Assembly: GCA_040752615.1 (NCBI GenBank)
Contig: JBFMGV010000092.1
Location: 45,659-109,658, forward strand
Reading direction: 5' to 3'
Length of the DNA stretch: 64,000 nucleotides
Origin: Pseudomonadota bacterium
Lineage (GTDB): Bacteria > Pseudomonadota > Alphaproteobacteria > Caulobacterales > Caulobacteraceae
The notes beneath the pieces were generated by a model. That model worked only from the letters and a program-made list of their open reading frames with translations, had not been told where the DNA came from and ran no database searches. Position 1 is the stretch's first letter. Each line of letters begins with the position of its first letter. Positions 57,202 through 64,000 of this stretch are shown here, piece after piece. The translations under genes were made by a program, and so were the position numbers.

Positions 57202-58701
57202 CTACTCCTCGCTGTTCGAGAAGCGGTACTGGTGGTCGCGCGCCAGGTTGCCGAACTTGGTCGTGTCGGAATTGAACGACAGGCGCACGGTGCCGATGGG
57301 GCCGTGACGCTGCTTGCCGATGATCACTTCGGCCAGGCCGCGCACCTGATCGACCTGTTCCTGCCAGGTGAAGTGCTCGGGCGTGCCTTCACGCGGCTCG
57401 AGGCGGCTGAGGTAGTATTCCTCGCGGTACACGAACATCACCATGTCGGCGTCCTGCTCGATCGAGCCGGATTCCCGCAGGTCCGAAAGCTGGGGCTTCT
57501 TGTCCTCGCGGTTCTCGACCTGGCGGCTGAGCTGGGACAGCGCCATCACCGGCACGCCGAGTTCCTTCGCCAGGGCTTTCAGCCCCTGGGTGATCATCGA
57601 GACCTCCTGCACCCGGTTGTCCGGGCCGCCGGCGCCGGTGGTCACGAGCTGCAGATAGTCGACGATGATGAGGTCGAGGCCGACCATCCGCTTCAGCCGC
57701 CGCGAGCGGGCGACCAGCTTGGCCAGGGTGATGCCGCCGGTGGCGTCGATGTAGAGCGGGGCTTCCTGGATTTCGAGCGCGGCGTCGCGGATGCGGCCGA
57801 ACTCCATCGCGTCGATCTCGCCCTTGCGGAGGCGGTCGCCCGAGACGCCCGAGGCCTCGGCGAGCAGACGCATGGCGAGCTGTTCGGCCGACATTTCGAG
57901 TGAGAAGAAGGCGACGACGCCGCCGCGCACGGTCTTCTTCGAGCCGTCGGGCTGGGGTTCCCAGGCGTAGTGCCGGGCCACGTCGAAGGCGATGTTACAG
58001 GCCAGCGAGGTCTTACCCATCGAGGGACGGGCGGCCAGGATCATCAAGTCGGACGGGTGCATGCCGCCGATCTTCTGATCGAGGTCGATCAGGCCGGTGG
58101 AGAGGCCGGCGAGGCCGCCGTCGCGGCTGTGGGCCTCGGCCGCCATGGCCACGGCGCCCCGCAGCGCGTCGGCGAAGTTCACGAAGCCCGAGGAGACGCC
58201 GCCGGTCTCGGCGAGCTGATAGAGTTGCTGTTCCGCCGCTTCGATCTGGTCGCGGGCGTCGCGATCGGCGTCGCCCTGGCTGGCCGAGCTGACGATTTCG
58301 CCGCCGATGCGGATGAGGTCGCGGCGCAGCGCCAGATCGTAGACCAGGCGGGCGTAGTCGGGCGCGTTGGCCGCCGGGGGAGCCCGGTCGACCAGGTCGG
58401 CGAGATAGCGGACGCCGCCCAGTTCCTCGAACGCGGGGTCGCGCTGGAACTGCTCGGCCATCAGGATCGGCTCGGCGAGCTGGCCCTTGCGGATGTTGGT
58501 CTCGATCGCGCCGAACAGGCGCTGGTGGAACGGCTCGTAGAAGTGGCGCGACTGCAGATTGTCGCCCAGCCGTTCGAAGGCCGCGTTGTCGTAGAGGATC
58601 GCCCCCAGCAGCGCCTGTTCCGCCTCCACGTTCGAGGGCGTGTGGGCGATCGGGACGTCGGTGTTGACGGGGCGAAGGTCGAGCGCCGGAACGAGGGCCA
58701 T
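57202..58701 (-). CDS. dnaB: Replicative DNA helicase DnaB
   Basis: 'PSNVEAEQALLGAIL' N-terminus, Walker A 'ARPSMGKT' and 'IVDYLQL'. 499 aa, with no intein. Confidence 0.95.
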   Translation of the reverse strand: MALVPALDLRPVNTDVPIAHTPSNVEAEQALLGAILYDNAAFERLGDNLQSRHFYEPFHQRLFGAIETNIRKGQLAEPILMAEQFQRDPAFEELGGVRYLADLVDRAPPAANAPDYARLVYDLALRRDLIRIGGEIVSSASQGDADRDARDQIEAAEQQLYQLAETGGVSSGFVNFADALRGAVAMAAEAHSRDGGLAGLSTGLIDLDQKIGGMHPSDLMILAARPSMGKTSLACNIAFDVARHYAWEPQPDGSKKTVRGGVVAFFSLEMSAEQLAMRLLAEASGVSGDRLRKGEIDAMEFGRIRDAALEIQEAPLYIDATGGITLAKLVARSRRLKRMVGLDLIIVDYLQLVTTGAGGPDNRVQEVSMITQGLKALAKELGVPVMALSQLSRQVENREDKKPQLSDLRESGSIEQDADMVMFVYREEYYLSRLEPREGTPEHFTWQEQVDQVRGLAEVIIGKQRHGPIGTVRLSFNSDTTKFGNLARDHQYRFSNSEE

Positions 58702-58783
58702 AGCTATCGATACCGAACCTGGCCGCGGCGATCACTGCGGCGGATGACACATTTGAGAAGCCGTCCACACACAGATTCCCGCC

Positions 58784-58792
58784 TGTGGATAA
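58784..58792. promoter_or_regulatory. Consensus DnaA box (TGTGGATAA = TTATCCACA on the minus strand) upstream of dnaB
   Basis: Read directly, 83-91 nt upstream of the dnaB ATG. A partner TCCACAC element at 58764-58770 gives an inverted arrangement. Confidence 0.45.
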
Positions 58793-58873
58793 AGCTGAGC
58801 CATGGCGCAGCTTGCGCGGGGGAATCGTCGGGCGGCCAGACGTCAGAAGCGGTCGCAGGATTTGCGATCGCCC

Positions 58874-58906
58874 AAAGAAAAACGGCGCGGAGGAGGCCTC
58901 CGCGCC
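58874..58906 (-). terminator. Rho-independent terminator after rplI
   Basis: On the minus strand: a 10-bp stem GGCGCGGAGG/CCTCCGCGCC with a 3-nt loop, followed by TTTTTCTTTGGG. Confidence 0.7.
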
Positions 58907-58930
58907 GCTGATCTCATTATCCGGTCAGCA

Positions 58931-59515
58931 TCAGGCTTCGACGTAGTCCTGAGCCGCCTGGCCGGCGCCGCCTTCGAGGAGGTCGGCGGCGGCCTGGTCG
59001 GCCGCGAGACGCTCTTCCTCGAACTGGGCGTTGATCACATTCTCGCCGCGGGCCTGACGCTCAGCCTCGTCCGCGCTGCGGGCGATGTTGAGCGTGACCG
59101 TGACGGTGACTTCCGAGTGCAGGCGAACCTTCACTTCGTGCATGCCGAGCGTCTTGATCGGCTTGTCCAGCACGACCATCGAACGTTCGATCTTGCCGCC
59201 TTCGGCGTTGACCGCGTCGGCCACGTCGCGACCCGCGACCGAGCCGTAGAGCTGACCGCTCTCGCCCGCCTGGCGGATCATGACGTAGGACGTGCCGTCC
59301 AGCTTCTCACCAGCCTTGCCGGCGGTTTCCTTGGCCTTCGCGTTGCGGGCCTCGATCTCGGCGCGCTGGGCGTCGAAGACCTTGAGGTTCGCGGCGTTGG
59401 CGCGGAGCGCCTTCTGGCGGGGAAGGAGGAAGTTCCGGGCGTAGCCGTCCTTCACGGTGACGACGTCACCGAGGGCGCCCCAGCCTTCCAGGCGTTCGAG
59501 CAGAATGACTTTCAT
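58931..59515 (-). CDS. rplI: 50S ribosomal protein L9
   Basis: 'MKVILLERLEGWGALGDVVTVKDGYARNFLLP'. Confidence 0.95.
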   Translation of the reverse strand: MKVILLERLEGWGALGDVVTVKDGYARNFLLPRQKALRANAANLKVFDAQRAEIEARNAKAKETAGKAGEKLDGTSYVMIRQAGESGQLYGSVAGRDVADAVNAEGGKIERSMVVLDKPIKTLGMHEVKVRLHSEVTVTVTLNIARSADEAERQARGENVINAQFEEERLAADQAAADLLEGGAGQAAQDYVEA

Positions 59516-59528
59516 GTGCCTGACTCCC

Positions 59529-59813
59529 TTACTTCACGACGTAGGGGAGGAGGGCCAGGAAGCGGGCGCGCTTGATGGCCTTGGCCAGTTCACGCTGCTT
59601 CTTGGCCGACACCGCGGTGATGCGCGACGGCACGATCTTGCCACGCTCGGAAACGTAGCGCTGCAGGAGCTTGACGTCCTTGTAGTCGATCTTCGGCGCG
59701 TTGGCGCCGGAGAACGGGCACACCTTGCGGCGGCGGAAGAACGGACGGCGCTGGCCGCCCGAGGAGGCGCCGGCGGCCGGAGCGGCCGGGGCCGTGGAGG
59801 TTTCGTCAGTCAT
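59529..59813 (-). CDS. rpsR: 30S ribosomal protein S18
   Basis: '[50 protein letters not shown]'. Confidence 0.95.
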   Translation of the reverse strand: MTDETSTAPAAPAAGASSGGQRRPFFRRRKVCPFSGANAPKIDYKDVKLLQRYVSERGKIVPSRITAVSAKKQRELAKAIKRARFLALLPYVVK

Positions 59814-59831
59814 AGCGAGAGCCTCCCTTTC

Positions 59832-60194
59832 TTAGAATTGCGGGGCGTCGTCGCGGCGTTCGCGGTCGCGATCGCGGCGGGCGAGGATCGGGCTGAGCTC
59901 GAGGTCGAGCTCTTCCACGCGCACGGTCATGTAGCGCAGCACGTCTTCGTTGATCGACAGCTGACGCTCCATCTCCTTCACGATGTCCGCCGGGGCGTCG
60001 ATCGCGAGCAGGGAGTAGTGACCCTTGCGGTTCTTCTTGATCCGGTAGGTCAGGTTGCGAAGGCCCCAGTACTCGATCTTCGCGACGTTGCCGCCGCCTT
60101 CCTCGATGAGGGTCTTCAGTTGATCGTTGAGGGCTTCGGCCTGTTGCGGCGAGATATCCTGCCGCGAGATAACGACGTGCTCGTAGAGCGCCAT
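59832..60194 (-). CDS. rpsF: 30S ribosomal protein S6
   Basis: '[18 protein letters not shown]...[18 protein letters not shown]'. Confidence 0.95.
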   Translation of the reverse strand: MALYEHVVISRQDISPQQAEALNDQLKTLIEEGGGNVAKIEYWGLRNLTYRIKKNRKGHYSLLAIDAPADIVKEMERQLSINEDVLRYMTVRVEELDLELSPILARRDRDRERRDDAPQF

Positions 60195-60343
60195 TAGGTC
60201 CTTCTTCCGTTAGTGGGAGGCGGCGCGTCCGGCGGCGGAAGACCGACGGCTGCGATGGATCTCAGGACGCGGCGGCCGGGAGTTTCCCGACCCTTGAAGG
60301 CTCCGCGTGAGACCGCCTTCCGTGAAGAGGCGCGCAAATAGGC

Positions 60344-60371
60344 GAAAACCCGAGCCGGAGCAAGGGTTTTC
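60344..60371 (-). terminator. Hairpin GAAAACCC-N12-GGGTTTTC downstream of the peroxiredoxin gene (possible terminator)
   Basis: 8-bp stem read directly. The T-run is weak, being part of the stem. Confidence 0.45.
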
Positions 60372-60393
60372 GGGGCGCGGAGGAGGCTGGCGC

Positions 60394-60948
60394 CTAGCGC
60401 CTCTTCTGATTGTAGGCCTTAACGGCCGCCAGGGTTTCGCTGACGTGCTCGCTGGGATCCAGCTTGGAATAGGTGTGCAGGACCTGGCCGTTCGGCGCGA
60501 TGACGTACGAGGTACGGTCGGACCAGTCGGGCTTCATGGTGAGAACGGCGTCGTACTGCTTGGCGATCTTGGCGCCCGGGTCGGCGGCCACCGCGAACTT
60601 GCCCGCGCAATGCTCGGTGTCCTTGGAGAAGGTGGCGAGGCGGTCGGTGTTGCCGGCGGTGATGCCGATCACGGTCGCCTTGTTGGCCTTGAACTGGTCC
60701 ACCGACTGGGAGAACAGGCTGGCTTCGAGGTTGCAGCCCTTCGTGTAGGCGGCCGGGAAGAAGTACAGGACCACCGGCCCCTTCTTCAGCGCATCGGCCA
60801 GCGACAGGTTGACGGCGTCGCCGGAGAGATAGCCCGGCGCGGTGAACAAGGGCGCCTTGTCGCCGGGCTTCAGCGCGGCGGCGGCCGGCGTGGCGGCCAG
60901 CGGCGCGGCGATCAGGGCGGCGACGGCGGCAAGGGCGAGGCGCGACAT
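60394..60948 (-). CDS. Secreted AhpC/TSA-family peroxiredoxin
   Basis: Signal peptide 'ATPAAAA' and 'LYFFPAAYTKGCNLE' peroxidatic Cys. Confidence 0.85.
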   Translation of the reverse strand: MSRLALAAVAALIAAPLAATPAAAALKPGDKAPLFTAPGYLSGDAVNLSLADALKKGPVVLYFFPAAYTKGCNLEASLFSQSVDQFKANKATVIGITAGNTDRLATFSKDTEHCAGKFAVAADPGAKIAKQYDAVLTMKPDWSDRTSYVIAPNGQVLHTYSKLDPSEHVSETLAAVKAYNQKRR

Positions 60949-61029
60949 GGCGTGGTCCTTCGGGGTCTCTGGAAAGCGCGACAGTTGAATACCCAGGATA
61001 CGCTGCGCGCAAGCCGGGCGTATTTCCCG

Positions 61030-62022
61030 CTAGTTGTAATCGACGCTGACCGACAGCACGCCGGAGTAGTCGCCCACGGGCGTGGTGGGGCTCAAGGCGA
61101 AGCTGCCGCCGACCGTGAAGCTGTATGAGGCCTGGCTGCCCGCCGACCCGCCCAGGCTACGCGTGTCGGGCGCGGTGTCGGTCAGGGTCACCGGGATCGT
61201 GCCGGGACCGGTAAGCGCCATGGCCGCGGGAACCGAGATCGACACCTGCTGGCCGCCTTCGCCGGTGATGGTGAAGCCCGCGCGGACCGGCGCCGGCGTC
61301 GGGTAGAGGAAGGCGTTGCCCGCGCCGCTGAGCGTGCGGGCGCCGCTGGTGGCGTTCAGAGTGACGGTGTTGGAGCCCGTGGTCGGGCGCTGGATGCGGC
61401 CGAAGGAGAGGTCGGCGGTCTTGGCGACCGCCACCGAGCGCAGGACGGTGGCGCGGCCGCGCTCGGAGTCGCCCGCCTGCATCTGGCCGTCGCTGGCCAG
61501 GACATAGACGTAGAAGCTGTTCTGCGCGGCGCCCGAGGCCAGGTTGGAATCGTCGCCGGCGATGGGGAAGTCCGCGCCGACCGTGAAGGTCTTCGGGCTG
61601 TTCTCTCCCGGCGGCGCCAGTTCGAACGTCAGCGGGTTGGTTCCGGTGGGAGCCACGGCCAGGACGGCCGTGCCCATCGCGACGGTGAAGTTGGTCAATG
61701 CCCGCGCGCGGCCGGTGAGGGAGCCGATCGTGCCGATCTTGATGACGACGCGGGTGTCGGCGCAGGTCGTCTCGCCCTGCCGGTCGGCCTGGCAGCTGAC
61801 GGTGACCTGGGCGTTCGCGGCTCCGTTCGAGACCCGCCGCCCCGCGCCGCTGACGACACTGACGCCGCCGCCGCCCGAGTCGATGCGGAACACCGTGTCG
61901 CCCGTCGGCGCGGCGGCGACCGTGCCGAGGTTCAGGGGCCCCTGGACCTTCACGGTGTAGGTGGCGGCGGCCGCGCTCGCCGGAATCAGGGCGACCAGCA
62001 GCGCGCAGACGGCGAAGCGCAT
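61030..62022 (-). CDS. Secreted two-domain beta-rich protein, DUF4402-like C-terminal domain
   Basis: Start reset to 'MRFAVCALLVALIPASAAAA' (62022). The track ORF extends to 63000 in the usher's shadow. The C-terminal half, 'AKTADLSFGRI ... GDYSGVLSVSVDYN', matches the DUF4402 style as I remember it. The N-terminal half has a Cys pair. Confidence 0.65.
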   Translation of the reverse strand: MRFAVCALLVALIPASAAAATYTVKVQGPLNLGTVAAAPTGDTVFRIDSGGGGVSVVSGAGRRVSNGAANAQVTVSCQADRQGETTCADTRVVIKIGTIGSLTGRARALTNFTVAMGTAVLAVAPTGTNPLTFELAPPGENSPKTFTVGADFPIAGDDSNLASGAAQNSFYVYVLASDGQMQAGDSERGRATVLRSVAVAKTADLSFGRIQRPTTGSNTVTLNATSGARTLSGAGNAFLYPTPAPVRAGFTITGEGGQQVSISVPAAMALTGPGTIPVTLTDTAPDTRSLGGSAGSQASYSFTVGGSFALSPTTPVGDYSGVLSVSVDYN

Positions 62023-62060
62023 GGCTCTGCTTAGCAGCCGGGGCGGGGGCGATGTCGAGA

Positions 62061-64000
62061 TCATTCGCCGCCTTTCTGCGCCGGTGCGGCCGCCTGGGCG
62101 CCGGCGGCTTCGAAGCGCACGGGCAGGGTGACGTCGGGCGCGATCTCGCCGCCGGCCTGAATGGCGACCCCGGGGGTGGCGAGAGGGCGCATCCGCAGCT
62201 TCTCGGCCTGGGCGGGGTCGATCCGCACCGTGTAGGCGCCGATCGGCACGGCGTCGAAGATCGCCGCGCCGTCGAACTCGGTGACAGCTTCGATAGGGGC
62301 GCCGTCCCGGCTGACCAGCTGGACGCGCACCGACGAGAGGCCGACCCGCTGGCCGTCCTCGCGCTGGAGCTCGACCTTGACCGTGACGCCGCCCGTGGGG
62401 CGGAGCGGGTAGTCCACTTGCGTCACGCTGCCGGGGCGCGGCCGCAGGCGCAGCTGGGCGGGCGGCGCGGTGACCGACGGGTTCTCGAGCTTCTCGAGAT
62501 TGACACCCATCTGGGCCGTGGGGCCGGACCCCAGGCCGGTGACCAGCAGGCGGCCGTCGGGGCCAGTGGCGAGGTCCCGGCGGGCGCCCGCGCCGTCCAG
62601 CGCCACATCGGGGGCGGGCGCCTCTCCGGCCTGACGGATGCCGTCGCCGTTCTCGTCGATGAAGGCGTTGAAGAGCACCGAGCCGCCGGTTCCGGGCCCG
62701 GAGCGCATCAGGTTGTAGCGACCGCCGACCGGATCCCAGCCCAGCCCGAAGGTCCACTGGGCGAAGACGCGCCAGTCGTCGGTGGCGTGGTCGTACTCGC
62801 CGGTCAGCGCCAGGTCGCCATACCGGGTGGAGAGGGTGGACGACGCCACGAAGTTCCAGCCGTCCAGCTTGTCCAGCGGTTGGCCGATCCCGAAGCGCAG
62901 GGCCCAGATATCGGAGAGCCGGCGATCCAGCGTGACGGCCAGGAAGCGGGCCTTCACGTCGGGCAGGATGTCGTAGTCGAGGCTGGCGCGGATCTGCCAC
63001 TTGTAACCACGGAAGGTGGAGGCGGCGATGTACCCGCGCAGTGTTTCGACCGCCCCGGCGGGACGATAGGTCTGGCGCTCGTACTCCATGCCGGCGGACA
63101 CCAGCATCGAGCCTAGACTGGACGAGGCGCGCCCGCCGGTGGCGAAGTCGTGCGAGCCGTCGGCGTAGCCGTTGCGCACCGCGCGCAACGAGACGGGGAT
63201 GATGCGGCCGCGGATGTCGAGGCTGGAGTCGACAGTCAGCTCGGTGCGGCGGCGCAGTTCCAGCCGCGAGTTGAACGACAGGTTGTTCTCGTCGACGAAC
63301 CGGTCGCGGTACTCGGCGTGTCGCAGGACGCCGGAGGCGCCGTAGGCCTGGCCCGCGAGGCCGATGGACGTGCCCTGGCCGCCCCGGCCGTCCCAGGCGC
63401 CGTCGATCTGGGTGGCGACGCCGAGCACCGAGGTCCGGGCGCCCAGGGTGTAGATGCCCAGCCCGCCGCCATCCGGCCTGGGCACCCGGGCGATCCCGGC
63501 CGAGGCGGTCAGCAGGTTGGTGATCCCGTAGTTCAGGGCCGCCACCGCACGCAGGCCGTGGTCGGCGAAGACGCCGGGGTCGCCGAGGGAGGGGCGGCCG
63601 ATCCTGCGGGGCTGGATGAGGGGCTGGTCCTGCTCGACCGCGCCGAAGGTGAGCTGGGCCTCGCCGGCGCGCAGGAGGGCGGCGCCGACGTTGATGACCT
63701 GGACCTCTTCGTTCCGTTCGCCGCGCGGGCCGTAGACGACCACGCGGATCACGTTGATCCCCGGGGAGAGCGGGATGTCGAGGAACTCGTAGCGGCCGTT
63801 GATCGACTGGTTGGTCCCGCCCTTCAGCACGTCGTTGATGTAGAGCTCGACGTCGAAGCCGGGGGGGAGTTCGCCGCGCAGGTCGATCTGGTTGAAGACG
63901 CTGGATTGTTCCAGCGGAGCGGTGGAGACCGCGAAGCCCCGGCCCGAGATGCTGCGCACGCCCATGGCCAGCCCCGGGGCATAGGTGTCGCCGGCGGTGA
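62061..64000 (-). CDS. Large outer-membrane usher-like protein, C-terminal ~646 codons (partial, continues past the right edge)
   Basis: The frame is open to position 64000. It has an E-set-like 'FDVELYINDVLKGGTNQSINGRYEFLDIPLSPGINVIRVVVYGPRGE', a long beta-strand-rich region, and a C-terminal CarboxypepD_reg-like 'VRVQLVSRDGAPIEAVTEFDGAAIFDAVPIGAYTVRI'. Confidence 0.5.
   Translation of the reverse strand, partial: TAGDTYAPGLAMGVRSISGRGFAVSTAPLEQSSVFNQIDLRGELPPGFDVELYINDVLKGGTNQSINGRYEFLDIPLSPGINVIRVVVYGPRGERNEEVQVINVGAALLRAGEAQLTFGAVEQDQPLIQPRRIGRPSLGDPGVFADHGLRAVAALNYGITNLLTASAGIARVPRPDGGGLGIYTLGARTSVLGVATQIDGAWDGRGGQGTSIGLAGQAYGASGVLRHAEYRDRFVDENNLSFNSRLELRRRTELTVDSSLDIRGRIIPVSLRAVRNGYADGSHDFATGGRASSSLGSMLVSAGMEYERQTYRPAGAVETLRGYIAASTFRGYKWQIRASLDYDILPDVKARFLAVTLDRRLSDIWALRFGIGQPLDKLDGWNFVASSTLSTRYGDLALTGEYDHATDDWRVFAQWTFGLGWDPVGGRYNLMRSGPGTGGSVLFNAFIDENGDGIRQAGEAPAPDVALDGAGARRDLATGPDGRLLVTGLGSGPTAQMGVNLEKLENPSVTAPPAQLRLRPRPGSVTQVDYPLRPTGGVTVKVELQREDGQRVGLSSVRVQLVSRDGAPIEAVTEFDGAAIFDAVPIGAYTVRIDPAQAEKLRMRPLATPGVAIQAGGEIAPDVTLPVRFEAAGAQAAAPAQKGGE

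Overview
This is a gene-dense chromosomal segment, by eye about two-thirds G+C. Gene content and order suggest an alphaproteobacterium of the Caulobacter type (inference from bactofilin-M23 pair, RNase E with a charge-patterned tail, rpsF-rpsR-rplI-dnaB, and an Rrf2-led suf operon). I support about 60 protein genes, and I reset many start codons from the ORF track using SD sequences and stop/start overlaps.

Layout:
- 1-2714: the start of a type IV secretion operon, virB1-virB4 on the minus strand. virB4 runs off the left edge.
- 2715-7126: an accessory-looking stretch with a LuxR-type solo regulator, an XRE regulator, MgtC, a 59-aa ORF missed by the track, a lower-GC intergenic region with palindromes, and a His-rich TonB-dependent receptor.
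- 7296-18099: a TetR-controlled catabolic cluster (hydrolase-ALDH divergent from TetR-VOC-ACAD-like), an SDR/LysR pair, fbp, and an FAD oxidoreductase.
- 18187-34905: envelope and housekeeping genes. These are a DsbA lipoprotein, an M48/TPR protease, rne, amiC-like, PBP1A, prfB with its +1 frameshift, bacA plus an M23 peptidase, bcp, tyrS, anmK, and an M20 amidohydrolase.
- 35154-43096: a Baeyer-Villiger monooxygenase, a DUF4153/4173-like membrane protein with an OmpR-type response regulator and histidine kinase, a PEP-CTERM protein, and small enzymes.
- 43245-50736: Rrf2-nifS-sufB-(2 unknown ORFs)-sufC-sufD-sufS-sufT-sufA.
- 50743-60948: GST, enoyl-CoA hydratase, GGDEF cyclase, DEAD-box helicase, two Yip1-type membrane paralogs, dnaB, rplI-rpsR-rpsF, and a peroxiredoxin.
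- 61030-64000: a secreted two-domain DUF4402-like protein and an usher-like outer-membrane protein, partial at the right edge.

I found no rRNA, tRNA, CRISPR array, transposase or integrase.

Most notable non-genic signal: a family of about 140-bp, multi-hairpin, MITE/RIME-like intergenic repeats, present in three copies.

Best candidates for undescribed biology:
- the two translationally coupled unknown ORFs inside the suf operon;
- the DUF4402/usher-like surface-fibre locus;
- the repeat family;
- the membrane-protein/two-component module.

Nothing here looks like a recognisable defence or toxin system, and all functional assignments rest on motif recognition by eye, not on searches.
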